From assembly GCA_963816185.1 (NCBI GenBank), contig CAWFJJ010000024.1, forward strand, positions 128,001 through 192,000: a stretch of 64,000 bases of DNA, in the 5' to 3' direction. Under the pieces are notes generated by a model. That model saw only the letters and a program-made list of their open reading frames with translations. It had not been told where the DNA came from and did no database searches. Position numbers and translations under genes: made by a program. Positions 1 to 9,023 of the stretch are shown here, one piece after another; the first letter of the stretch is position 1; the number at the start of each line of letters is the position of its first letter. The DNA comes from Thermoanaerobaculia bacterium. GTDB taxonomy: Bacteria; Acidobacteriota; Thermoanaerobaculia; UBA5066.

Positions 1-244
1 GGTGCGCGGCCTTCCCCGCGGGCCGCGCGAAGAGGAGATACGCCGCCACTCCGGCGAGAAGGAAGATCCCGTAGTTCAGGTGGTGGACGTGCGTCCCGCG
101 CAGGAAGAAGTACAGATTCGGGACGCGCTGCGACATGACGAGAAACACCATCGTCCGCGACGCGATGAAGGTCAGGGCGAAGGCGAGGAGCGAGCGGCGC
201 GCGAGCCGGTCGGTCTCGTTTTCCGAAGGTGGAGTGGCATCCAC
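1..244 (-). CDS. Hypothetical integral membrane protein (partial, runs off window start)
   Basis: Manual translation from GTG: MDATPPSENETDRLARRSLLAFALTFIASRTMVFLVMSQRVPNLYFFLRGTHVHHLNYGIFLLAGVAAYLLF; hydrophobic helices with a HVHHLNYG motif. Confidence 0.6.
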   Translation of the reverse strand, partial: MDATPPSENETDRLARRSLLAFALTFIASRTMVFLVMSQRVPNLYFFLRGTHVHHLNYGIFLLAGVAAYLLFARPAGKAAH

Positions 245-267
245 GCGAGAAAGGATAGCGGCCTTTG

Positions 268-1845
268 CTAGTCGTACACGCCGTCGGCGAACCACTCGCC
301 GCCGGCCTCGTCGTGGAAGATGCGGTAAAGGCCTCCGCCCGAAAGCTCCACGTCCCAGTACGCGCGGAAGGCGGGTGCCTCCTGCCACCAGCCCTCCTCG
401 AGGCGCCACGGGCCCGAAGCCACGCGCACGGTGCCGGCCACGTCCAGCGCCGGCCGCCCACCGCCGTCTGCGGAAGCGGGTTCGAGCGCGCGCAGCGAAG
501 AGGGCCGCTCGCCCTCGAGAAGCACCTCGAGCGGCACGGGTGGACGGAGCACGCGAACCGAGAGAAGCCCGCGGCCGGTCTTCGGCGTCTTTCGCGCCGC
601 GGGAGGAGGCGGCGGAGCGAACGGCACGAGGGCGAAGCGCTCGGGGCGATGGCCGTCCACGGCGCTCGGCGCGCCGACGCGCCCGGGCCCGAGCAGCGCG
701 AACAGCTTCGCGAGCGCCGTCGCGAGACGGTCGGGCGAGATCTCGGCCGGCCCGAACAGCGTGAGCTGGCTCTTGCGCGGGGCGTCGGGCTGCGCCGTGA
801 GGGAGAAGCCCGTGACGGCGGCGCCCGGCGGCCGGCCTTCGAGGCCGAGGCGCACGAGCGTGAGAAGCGTCTTCACGTCGCGCGTGGGCGCGGGCAGATC
901 CAGGCTGCGCGTGTCGCAGCCCTCGGGGTCGAGCGTCAGGGAGATGTCCAGCCGCGCGCACCCTACGGCCTCCGCCTCGAGACGCCGCGCGAGGCGTTCG
1001 AGCGCGCTCTCGGCGAGCGCGAGGAATGGCTCGAGCGTGACGAGCGGCCACTCCAGCTCCATGCCTTCCGTGAAGCCCGGCGGCGGCCGGCGCGGTACGA
1101 GGGGGCGCGGGTCGCGCCCGCGCGCGATCTCGTGCAGCGCGTGCCCGCGCGCGCCGAGCCGGCTCGCGACGTCGGCCGCGGGCAGCTTCGCGAGGTCGCC
1201 CACCGAGGAGAGGCCCCAGCGCGCGAGCGTCTCGACGATCTCGGCATCGGGATCCAGCTTCGCGAGCGGCAGCGGTGCGAGAAACGCGGCTTCGCCGCCT
1301 GCGGGGACGGCGACGGGAGAGTCCGGCAGCGTCGCGGCCACGCGCGCGGCGAGCTTGCTCGACGCGAGCCCGCAGCGCGCGGGCAGCGACTCGCGCTTCG
1401 CGGCGGCGATCAGGGTGCGGCCGAGATCGCGCTCGTCGGGAAAAAGGCGCTCGAGGCCGTCCGCGTCGAGGTACACGACGCCGTCACCAGCGTCCTCCAC
1501 GCGCGGCGACACGGTGCCGGCCACGTCGAGAAGCGCCTCCATGGCGGCGCGCTCGCTCTCGGCGTCGCGCGCGCGGGTGAGAAGGTCGGGCACGAGCGCC
1601 CGCGCCTGCGGCAGCGTGAAGCCCGGGCGGATGCCGGCCTTGCGCGCCTTGCGCGTGGCCGCGACCACGTGCGCGGCCGTCCCGTTCCCCTCGCACAGAA
1701 TGACCGCCTCGTCCCGCAGCGCGGGCTCGCTGCGCAGCCGCGCGGCGAGGGGAAACAGCGGCACCACGAGACACGCGAGGCGTGGGGCGGGAACGGGAGA
1801 AGGTTGTTTTTGCTGCTCCCCGAGCACGGACGACGTTCGCTCCAT
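268..1845 (-). CDS. imuB: ImuB-like Y-family DNA polymerase homolog (probably catalytically inactive)
   Basis: N-terminal LACLVVPLFPLAA, AGIRPGFTLPQARAL, SPRVE..GDGVVYLD, LARWGLSSVGDL, C-terminal GPWRLEEGWW..YWDVE..GLYRIF; next to imuA. Confidence 0.85.
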   Translation of the reverse strand: MERTSSVLGEQQKQPSPVPAPRLACLVVPLFPLAARLRSEPALRDEAVILCEGNGTAAHVVAATRKARKAGIRPGFTLPQARALVPDLLTRARDAESERAAMEALLDVAGTVSPRVEDAGDGVVYLDADGLERLFPDERDLGRTLIAAAKRESLPARCGLASSKLAARVAATLPDSPVAVPAGGEAAFLAPLPLAKLDPDAEIVETLARWGLSSVGDLAKLPAADVASRLGARGHALHEIARGRDPRPLVPRRPPPGFTEGMELEWPLVTLEPFLALAESALERLARRLEAEAVGCARLDISLTLDPEGCDTRSLDLPAPTRDVKTLLTLVRLGLEGRPPGAAVTGFSLTAQPDAPRKSQLTLFGPAEISPDRLATALAKLFALLGPGRVGAPSAVDGHRPERFALVPFAPPPPPAARKTPKTGRGLLSVRVLRPPVPLEVLLEGERPSSLRALEPASADGGGRPALDVAGTVRVASGPWRLEEGWWQEAPAFRAYWDVELSGGGLYRIFHDEAGGEWFADGVYD

Positions 1846-1973
1846 GCCTGCTGTGCCCCGCTTTTCATCAGGATGTTTTTCTTAGAAGGTGAATATCCCC
1901 GGCTCCAACACCCTCAGCGCGTGAATGCGGACAACCGGCCTGAAAACGCAACGGCGAAGATTTCTTTCTTCTG

Positions 1974-2118
1974 ATATGCGGCGGCTGCAGTTGCAGCCCT
2001 GGCCGGCCTGATTGGACGCGGGGGGTCCGGGGGCGCCCGAAGGCAAGCCCCCGGAGAGCGCGCGCAAGCGCGCCGCGCAGCGGTCTTCGATCCTTGACAT
2101 CGGTCATTCGGGAAATAC
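1974..2118. repeat. Composite hairpin repeat element, copy 1 (small palindrome, 40-bp GC hairpin, 31-nt spacer, right IR arm)
   Basis: atatgcggcggctgc is shared with 15345 and 24024; 2021-2060 is identical to 50399-50438; ccttgacatcggtcattcgggaaatac is identical to 24124-24150. Confidence 0.85.
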
Positions 2119-2131
2119 ACGTTCCCCACAC

Positions 2132-2968
2132 TCAGCGCCCGAATGCGGACAAATGACCGGAGAACAAAGTGGCATGCTCTCTTTCCTTTTCCTCTCTTTC
2201 TAAGAAAATTTTCTTTCTTTCTTCCTTGCCTGTCTGAATCGCATCCAGCAGGGAAAGATTCAGCAGGCTCGTCTTTTCTTTCATCTTCGCGTCCCGCGTC
2301 TTCTCGAGCACGAGGCGTGAGGACAGGCCGTCGAGGAGCGACACGCTCTGCGGCCAGCGGTCCAAGCACGCGCGGTCCCAGCCCGCCCGCGCCGCATCGG
2401 CCGCGAGCACGATGCGCGCCGCGGTGCCTGTGACGCGGTAGGGCGCGAGGACGAGGAGCGCCGCGTCGTGAAAGCGCGCGCGACGCGCGAGGCGCAGCCA
2501 GACGGCGTCGTCGAAACGCCGCCTGAAGATGCGTGAGAGCCCGAGGTCGAGGACGACGAGCGCGAAGCCCGTCGCGAGGACGGTCTCGGCCGCGGCGAGC
2601 GCGGGTTTCAACCCGCGGGGGCGCAGCCACAGCACCCGCGAGAGCTCGGCGCCGGCGGCGGCCGCGCCCTGCGGGTCGAAGTGGTCGCCGGGATCCACGA
2701 GCGCGGCGGCTTCGCCCGTCTGCGTCGTCGCGGCGAGCGCGGAGAGGGCCACCGAGAAGCGGCCCGAGGACATGCGCCCCGACATCTCCACGAGAGCGCC
2801 GCGGGGCAGCCCGCCTCCCAGCAGCCGGTCCAGTCCCTCGATTCGCGTGGGCAGAAACTCCGGCGCGAACCGTTCGCGCGAAAGTCCGGAGGCGGTGGTC
2901 AGCCGGGCGGCGATCTCTCGAGGTAAGTCAGGCAGGGGCAGCGGGGCGGGAAGAGACAGCGCCGACAC
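2132..2968 (-). CDS. imuA: ImuA/RecA-like protein
   Basis: LPTRIEGLDRLLGGGLPRGALVEMSGRMSSGRFS (degenerate Walker A), AALVDPGDHFDP, LVVLDL. Confidence 0.85.
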   Translation of the reverse strand: MSALSLPAPLPLPDLPREIAARLTTASGLSRERFAPEFLPTRIEGLDRLLGGGLPRGALVEMSGRMSSGRFSVALSALAATTQTGEAAALVDPGDHFDPQGAAAAGAELSRVLWLRPRGLKPALAAAETVLATGFALVVLDLGLSRIFRRRFDDAVWLRLARRARFHDAALLVLAPYRVTGTAARIVLAADAARAGWDRACLDRWPQSVSLLDGLSSRLVLEKTRDAKMKEKTSLLNLSLLDAIQTGKEERKKIFLEREEKEREHATLFSGHLSAFGR

Positions 2969-2974
2969 GCGGCA

Positions 2975-3011
2975 AACGTAGGTCCGCTCGAGACGTAAGT
3001 CAAGCGTAAGT
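2975..3011 (-). promoter_or_regulatory. Putative sigma70 promoter of imuA (TTGACT-N17-TACGTT) with ACTTACG direct repeats over the -35
   Basis: Minus strand reads acttacgcTTGACTtacgtctcgagcggaccTACGTTtgccgcGTG; the -10 lies 6 nt before the start codon. Confidence 0.55.
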
Positions 3012-3032
3012 TTTTATGGCTGGGAAGAGGCT

Positions 3033-3638
3033 TTATGGCCTTTCCGTGGGTGGCTTCTCACCCGGGCCCGGAAGCTCCGGCCACTCACCGCCGGAGTCCT
3101 CGGCGGCGAGCAGATGCTCCAGCGAGTGGTAGCGGTAGATCGTCGGGGCCTTGTTGACAAAAAGCCCGCCCGTATCGGCCGTCGGCCCGTACGTCGAATA
3201 GAGCGGGCGGCCGAGGAGGCGTAGATACACCGTGAGCTGGCCGCGGTGGTGCGACGAGTGCGTCAGCCGACGGAGGAACACCCACGAGCGCGTCTCCTCC
3301 ACGTCGAAGAATTTCGTCCCCTCGTTCCACCAGTCCGCGGTTCTCGCCGCGAGGATCTCGCGCCGTCTCCCGGACGCCTCGGCGTAGTGGTGCAGGAAAC
3401 CGAGCCGGTCCTCGCGCGCGGGCAGCGCGGGAAGCGCGATCTCGATGCCAAGCATGTTCTTCATCCAGGAGTCTTCCGACACGCACTGGTGGACCATGTG
3501 CTCGAGCGGCGTGCGGGCCCTCGGCGCGGGCCGGAAACCGAGATCCGCGTCGCCGAAGCACGACCACACGCTCAGCGTCTTGAGCCGCTCGGTTTCGTAG
3601 GCGGCGACGAAGAAGCCGCCGGGATTCACGTCCGTCAT
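3033..3638 (-). CDS. DinB/YfiT family protein
   Basis: FRPAPRARTPLEHMVHQC...RRLTHSSHHRGQLTVYLRLLG, typical DinB His motifs. Confidence 0.8.
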   Translation of the reverse strand: MTDVNPGGFFVAAYETERLKTLSVWSCFGDADLGFRPAPRARTPLEHMVHQCVSEDSWMKNMLGIEIALPALPAREDRLGFLHHYAEASGRRREILAARTADWWNEGTKFFDVEETRSWVFLRRLTHSSHHRGQLTVYLRLLGRPLYSTYGPTADTGGLFVNKAPTIYRYHSLEHLLAAEDSGGEWPELPGPGEKPPTERP

Positions 3639-3684
3639 GACGCCGCCATTCTGCGCCCTGCGGCGTCCGCCACGTCGAGGTTTG

Positions 3685-4149
3685 CTACGGCTTTGCTCCC
3701 GCGATTTCACGCGAGAACTTGACGCCCTGCTGCGCATAGCCCCGCTCGCGGTAGAAGCGATGCGCCGCATCGCGATGCGAGGCGCTCGTCACCTCGATGC
3801 GGCCGCAGCCGAGCTCGGCGAGGAACTCTTCGGCGTGGCGGAGAAGAGCCGAGCCGATTCCCTGCCCCGTGTGGGGCCGAGCCACGACGATCACGCTGAC
3901 GCGGCCGACCGGGAGGGCCCTGTGAAGAACCGGCGTCGAGAACGCGGACACGAGTCCGATGACTCCTCCGCTCTTGACGGCAACGAAGACGCCGTAGTTC
4001 GGGGCGAGGGCCTGCATCCGGGCGATCTGGGTACGGGCGAGAGCCGGCTCGAGGGGATGGCCGAGCTCCGTCAGAAGGTCCGAGATCGCGCCGGCATCGT
4101 CCTGACTAGCGGCCCGAATCTCCAATCCGGCCTGAGCGCTCGTGTGCAC
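3685..4149 (-). CDS. GNAT family N-acetyltransferase
   Basis: IRAASQDDAGAI...GQGIGSALL...AHRFYRERGY acetyl-CoA binding motif. Confidence 0.85.
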   Translation of the reverse strand: MHTSAQAGLEIRAASQDDAGAISDLLTELGHPLEPALARTQIARMQALAPNYGVFVAVKSGGVIGLVSAFSTPVLHRALPVGRVSVIVVARPHTGQGIGSALLRHAEEFLAELGCGRIEVTSASHRDAAHRFYRERGYAQQGVKFSREIAGAKP

Positions 4150-4193
4150 GGCCCGACGATACCAAGCGCTGCGCGAGACTCCGCGCCCGCGGG

Positions 4194-4742
4194 TCAGGAC
4201 GCGGCGAACGCGTGGTGCTCGAGGAAGACCGCAAGATCCTGGGGAGAGAAAAACACGAGTCGAACCTCTCGAATCGCGGGCAACTCCGCCAGCGCCGAGG
4301 CGATGGCCGAAGACGACACCCGCGCCGCTTCCGAACGCGGGTAGCCGTAGATGCCGGTCGAGATCGCGGGGAAGGCGATCGATTCGAGGCCGTGCTCGTG
4401 CGCGAGGAGGAGAGACTTCCGATAGCAGGAGGCGAGAAGGGCCGCCTCGTCGCCCGAATGCGATCCGTAGATCGGTCCGACCGTGTGAATGACGAATCTG
4501 GCCGGAAGCCGGCCACCGGGCGTGATGACCGCCTCTCCCGTGGGAAGGCCGGAAGGCCAGACCGTGCGCCTCAGCTCCTGGCATGCCGAGAGAATGGCCG
4601 GCCCTCCTGCGCGATGGATGGCCCCGTCCACGCCGCCACCTCCCAGGAGGGAGCTGTTCGCGGCGTTCACGATGGCGTGAACGTTCTGGCGCGTGATGTC
4701 CCCGGAAATGGCGAGGACGGTGTCTTCCAGAAAGCTGTGCAC
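4194..4742 (-). CDS. ymdB: Macro-domain O-acetyl-ADP-ribose deacetylase (YmdB-like)
   Basis: GDIT..AIVNAANSSLLGGGGVDGAIHRAGG, VIHTVGP, SIAFPAISTGIYGYP. Confidence 0.9.
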   Translation of the reverse strand: MHSFLEDTVLAISGDITRQNVHAIVNAANSSLLGGGGVDGAIHRAGGPAILSACQELRRTVWPSGLPTGEAVITPGGRLPARFVIHTVGPIYGSHSGDEAALLASCYRKSLLLAHEHGLESIAFPAISTGIYGYPRSEAARVSSSAIASALAELPAIREVRLVFFSPQDLAVFLEHHAFAAS

Positions 4743-4768
4743 GAAGTGCGGGGACCGCGCGTGACGTC

Positions 4769-5290
4769 TCAGCGCTGATACGTGCCGACGAGCTCGGCCC
4801 GCGCGAGCACGTGCGACTTGATGGCGGCTTCGAAGCGCTCCTTCGTCGGAGGCGGCGGGCTGAGAGACGCGACGTCAAGCGCGTAGAGGCGATGCGAGTA
4901 ACGATGAGTCCCCGATGGGGGGCAGGGGCCGCGATAGCCGACCGAGCCGAAATCGTTGGAGCCCTCGGCGGCGCCCGCGGGCAGCGTGCCGGGTTTGAGG
5001 CCTTCGGCGAGGGACGTCGTGGACGCCGGGATGTTGAAGAGGAGCCAGTGGGTGAAGCCGCTCGCGTCCGGGTCGTCTACAACCACCGCGAAAGAGCGCG
5101 TGCCGGCCGGAACACCGGTCCAGGTGAGCGGCGGAGAGACGTCGCCTCCGTCGCAGGAGTGGGGCTTCGGGATCGCGGCACCCGCGCGGAAGGCGGACGA
5201 CGAAAGCGTCATCCCGTGGCTCAAGTCTCGGCCGCACGACGTCGCGAGAAGGAGGAGAGCAGAGAAAAGGGCCTTGGCTTCAGGTCTCAT
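4769..5290 (-). CDS. YbhB/YbcL (PEBP, Raf-kinase-inhibitor-like) lipoprotein
   Basis: Lipobox LATSC; SPPLTW, DDPDA..FTHW, GYRGPCPP..HRY. Confidence 0.9.
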   Translation of the reverse strand: MRPEAKALFSALLLLATSCGRDLSHGMTLSSSAFRAGAAIPKPHSCDGGDVSPPLTWTGVPAGTRSFAVVVDDPDASGFTHWLLFNIPASTTSLAEGLKPGTLPAGAAEGSNDFGSVGYRGPCPPSGTHRYSHRLYALDVASLSPPPPTKERFEAAIKSHVLARAELVGTYQR

Positions 5291-6045
5291 GGAAGCTCCA
5301 GGTCGAGCGTGAGATGAAGAAGGGCCGTGAGGTCTCCTTCCGTCGAGACGACTCCCTTCTTGTAGCCTTCGGGGCTGCCCGGCGGCGCATAGAGTCCGGG
5401 GATCGTCCGCGGAGCCACGAGCGCGAGCGTCACGGGATGCGACCCGCGAAACGTCGCGTCCACCGGCACGATCGCGGTCGCGCGCGCGAGCTCCGTCGCG
5501 ATCACCTTCCCGATCTGAACGTGAAGAACCTCTCGTGCCGGAGCCGCGAGAAGCGGAATGCGGCCTACGAACTGCCCGATGACGGTGTTCAGGGCCGCGC
5601 CGAGGATCGGCCCCACGGCGTTCGTGCGCTCGACGAAGAGGCACGCGTGGAGGTTCACATGGCTCGACACTTTCACGGCGCCGCCGAAGAACGGATTCCC
5701 GTTCTGATCGGGCGGGAGATCCGCCGCGGCGATCGTCTGTCCTGAGGACGCCGCGAACGGAAGGTGCGCGGAGGCGAGCGCGGAGCTCTCGCCGGAAGCG
5801 GCCGGGTCGGGGTCCTCGAGCTGAAGGACGAGCGAGAGATCCGTCGCCTTCACGCCTTCGCCGGGCCAGCCGTTGTGCTTCACGTCGATCGAGACGAAGG
5901 AGACGGTGAGAGTTGGGGCGGCGGGAGACGAGGATCTTCTTGCTTTCGGAGCGAGCCGAGAGGGCGAGCCCTTAGCCGGGCGGCTGATCGCAGAGGGTTT
6001 CGGTGGTTTTCTCTTAGAAAGTGAATGGGACCCGGGGTTTCGCAT
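5287..6045 (-). CDS. Hypothetical protein
   Basis: Long ORF with host-like codon usage, stop overlaps the next start, RBS-like GGAGG upstream; no family recognised. Confidence 0.6.
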   Translation of the reverse strand: MRNPGSHSLSKRKPPKPSAISRPAKGSPSRLAPKARRSSSPAAPTLTVSFVSIDVKHNGWPGEGVKATDLSLVLQLEDPDPAASGESSALASAHLPFAASSGQTIAAADLPPDQNGNPFFGGAVKVSSHVNLHACLFVERTNAVGPILGAALNTVIGQFVGRIPLLAAPAREVLHVQIGKVIATELARATAIVPVDATFRGSHPVTLALVAPRTIPGLYAPPGSPEGYKKGVVSTEGDLTALLHLTLDLELP

Positions 6046-6298
6046 CGGGCCTCCTTCCGGCTTCGGCGGCGCCAGCGATTCTTTCACCTTCTAAGAAAAA
6101 TCAACCGTCCCGTTGCTTCGGTGTAGCAAGTCGCGCTGCGGCGGCACCGGCTGCGTCATTCACCCTTCTAAGAAGATCCACTTTGACGGGTTGCTTCGCG
6201 GTAGAACGTCACGAGTCGCCGGGATTCGCCGGAGAGGGAGCAGAAATCCCTTCTGCTCCTTCTGTCCCCGTAGAATCCACCCCTTGCAGGAGGATTCG

Positions 6299-6868
6299 AT
6301 GAAACGCCTCTCGTCTCTCTCTCTCGGGGCTTTCGCGCTGTTGGGTCTGCTTCTGGCCGCTCGCCCCGCTCTCGCTCGCGACATGGCGGGCGTCAGCCTG
6401 CCCGACACGCTTTCGGCGGGCGACAAGACGCTCAAGCTGAACGGCCTCGGCTTGCGGAAAAAGGCCATCTTCAAGGTCTACGTGGGCGGTCTCTATCTGG
6501 AGGCGCCGTCGAAGGACGCCGCGGCGATCGTCGCCGCCGACGCGCCAAAAGCGGTTCGCATGCACTTTCTTCGCGACCTGAAGAAGTCACAGCTCACGGA
6601 TGCCTTTTCGGAGGGCTTCGAAGCAAATGCGAAGGCGAAGGCAGCGGCCCAGAAGGCTGCTCTCGACAAGATGCTCGCCCTCGTGCCCGACGTGAAGGAA
6701 GGCGAGACGCTGTCGTTCGTCTACGTGCCCGGGAAGGGGACGACCTTCTTCGCCGGCGCCAAAGCGCTCGGGACGTTCGAAGGCAAGGATTTCGCCGACG
6801 TCATCTTTCTGCTCTGGCTCGGGCCGAAGCCTCCGTCCGAGGATCTGAAAAAGGGAATGCTGGGTTGA
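6299..6868 (+). CDS. Chalcone-isomerase-like periplasmic protein
   Basis: Signal peptide; LKLNGLGLRKK..FKVYVGGLYL...IFLLWLGPKPPSEDLKKGMLG; AGGAGG RBS. Confidence 0.85.
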   Translation: MKRLSSLSLGAFALLGLLLAARPALARDMAGVSLPDTLSAGDKTLKLNGLGLRKKAIFKVYVGGLYLEAPSKDAAAIVAADAPKAVRMHFLRDLKKSQLTDAFSEGFEANAKAKAAAQKAALDKMLALVPDVKEGETLSFVYVPGKGTTFFAGAKALGTFEGKDFADVIFLLWLGPKPPSEDLKKGMLG

Positions 6869-8955
6869 CGAACGGCGCCCCTCTTCAGAGCCTGCTCTCC
6901 GAAAAACGCTTCGATCTCGTCGAAACTGCCTTCCTGGACGCGCTCTCGGATCCCGTCGCGAAATCCGAAACGCTGCTCGCGGCGGTGCGCGGCCTCGCCC
7001 GGGCCGGCCAGAAGGCACGTCTTCAAGGGGTCGCCGGAATGGCCGAGGCCGAGCTGAAGGGGAAATCCTCCGACTCGGCCACGGCGCGCCTTCGCTGGAC
7101 GATCCTGAAGGAAGCGGTGCGCGCCGGGGCGACACCCTCTACGCCCGACGGCTTTCACAGGCTCTTCGAAGAAGTCCTGGCCGCCGCCTGGCCGTCCCAT
7201 CCGTCGCTCCCGGCCCTCCTCGGTCGCTTCAAGTTCCGCGAGGCGAAGGATCCCGCGGACGGGCTCGCGCGGGCCGAGAGGGCCGAGAAGTGGCTGCCGT
7301 TCGAGGTCGGCCGCGTCTTTTCGATGGCGGGCCGCGGGGCAGGCAAGGTCGTCGAGACGAACTTCGCTCTCGACTCCGTTCGCATGGACTTCGAGGCGGC
7401 GAAGGGAATCGCGATTCCGATCGGCGTGGCGTCGAAGGGCCTGGTGCCGCTTCACGAGGGGCATTTCCTGTTCGAGAAGCTCACGGCTCCCGGCGCCCTG
7501 AGGGAGCGAGTCGTCGCCGACCCCGGCCTCGCCCTGAAGCATCTCATCGAGTCCTTCGGCCGCTCGCTCACGATGGCCGAGGTGAAGGAGGCCGTGAAGG
7601 GCCTGATCACGGAGGACGCGTGGAGCTCGTGGTGGGCCGCGGCGCGCAAGAATCCGCAGGCCGTCGTACACGGGAGCGGAAAGACCGCGACGGTGGAATG
7701 GTCGCACTCGGCGGATGCGGCGGACGCCTCTCTTCTTGCGCGCTTCGAGAAAGCTTCGCTGAGGGACCAGATCGACCTCTTCCGGAAGAATCAGAAGCGC
7801 TCGGCGGAGCTCGCCATCGCCATGGCCAGGGCGCTCGCGAAGGAGGCCGAGGCGCTCGAGGACCGGGATCCCGCGCTCGCTTTCGAGATCGCGGTCCTCG
7901 TCGAGAAAATTCCGAGCGTCTCTCTCGCGGGCGCAATCGAGAAACACGTTCTCGGGCAGCCGTTGGCGCTCCTCCCGCGCCTCACGGACCGCGTGATGCG
8001 CGAGCGGGCCCTGGAGATCGTCGTCAAGGAGCGGCCTGCGGAGGCTCCCGGGATCCTCGCGGACTGGTTCTTCAAAGAGGAGGACGTGCGCACGCTCGAA
8101 GCGATCGACCGTCGCCTCGCCGAGATCGAGCCCGACACGCGCGAGCGCACGCTCGAGAAGCTCCTCAAGTCGCCCCGCGTGGGGCCGCGCGCGTTCGTCT
8201 GGTTTGCGCAGCGTTCCGCTCAGGACGAGTCCTTCCGGGCCCGCCTCAACCCGGCGGTTCTCTCGCGCCTTCTCGACGCGCTCACGTGGGACGAGCTGGG
8301 AGCCGCCCGCTCGAAGGTGAGGGAGATGTTCGACCGGACCGGTCTGGTGGCCGGCTGGCTCGTGAAGCAGGCCACCGTCGAGGACGCGCGCGTCTTTCTC
8401 GAAGCGCTCTCGCGCCACCACGAGCTCGAGCCGCACCGGCGCGACGGGCTCGTGGCCGCCGCCGAGATGCGCTTCCCCGATCTCAGGCGAACGGAGGACG
8501 ACACCTTCTTCGTCACGGCCCCGGCGATCGAGGCAAAGCGCAAGGAGCTGGAGAACATCCTGAAGGTCGAGATCCCCGAGAACACGAAGGGGATCGCGCT
8601 CGCGGCCGCAGAAGGTGATCTCACGGAGAACTTCGAGTACAAGGCGCGGCGCGAGAAACAGCAGCTCCTGTCGGCTCGCGCGGGCAAGATCCAGGAGGAG
8701 CTCGGGAAAGCGCGCGCCCTCGACTCCGCGACGGTGGACACGACCGAGGTGCGGCCGGGAGCCCGGGTGACCCTGAAGGGCGCGAAAGGCGCGAAGACCG
8801 CCACGCTCCTGGGGCCCTGGGATTCGAAACCCGAAGAGGGCGTCTATTCGTATCTCTCGGATCTGGGAAAAGCGCTGCTCGGAAAGACGGTCGGGGAGAA
8901 GGCGAACGTGCTCGGAGAAGAGATGACGATCGAGAAGATAGAGGTCTTCGTATAG
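6865..8955 (+). CDS. GreA/GreB family elongation factor with a ~540-aa N-terminal extension
   Basis: C-terminal IPENTKGIALAAAEGDLTENFEYKARRE...LLGPWDSKPEEGVYSYLSDLGKALLGK. Confidence 0.85.
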   Translation: MTNGAPLQSLLSEKRFDLVETAFLDALSDPVAKSETLLAAVRGLARAGQKARLQGVAGMAEAELKGKSSDSATARLRWTILKEAVRAGATPSTPDGFHRLFEEVLAAAWPSHPSLPALLGRFKFREAKDPADGLARAERAEKWLPFEVGRVFSMAGRGAGKVVETNFALDSVRMDFEAAKGIAIPIGVASKGLVPLHEGHFLFEKLTAPGALRERVVADPGLALKHLIESFGRSLTMAEVKEAVKGLITEDAWSSWWAAARKNPQAVVHGSGKTATVEWSHSADAADASLLARFEKASLRDQIDLFRKNQKRSAELAIAMARALAKEAEALEDRDPALAFEIAVLVEKIPSVSLAGAIEKHVLGQPLALLPRLTDRVMRERALEIVVKERPAEAPGILADWFFKEEDVRTLEAIDRRLAEIEPDTRERTLEKLLKSPRVGPRAFVWFAQRSAQDESFRARLNPAVLSRLLDALTWDELGAARSKVREMFDRTGLVAGWLVKQATVEDARVFLEALSRHHELEPHRRDGLVAAAEMRFPDLRRTEDDTFFVTAPAIEAKRKELENILKVEIPENTKGIALAAAEGDLTENFEYKARREKQQLLSARAGKIQEELGKARALDSATVDTTEVRPGARVTLKGAKGAKTATLLGPWDSKPEEGVYSYLSDLGKALLGKTVGEKANVLGEEMTIEKIEVFV

Positions 8956-9023
8956 AAAGATCGAAGACTTTGCTTCGGATGAGGATTCGGATCTCGGATT
9001 TTCTTAGAAAGGTGGAGGAAGCA

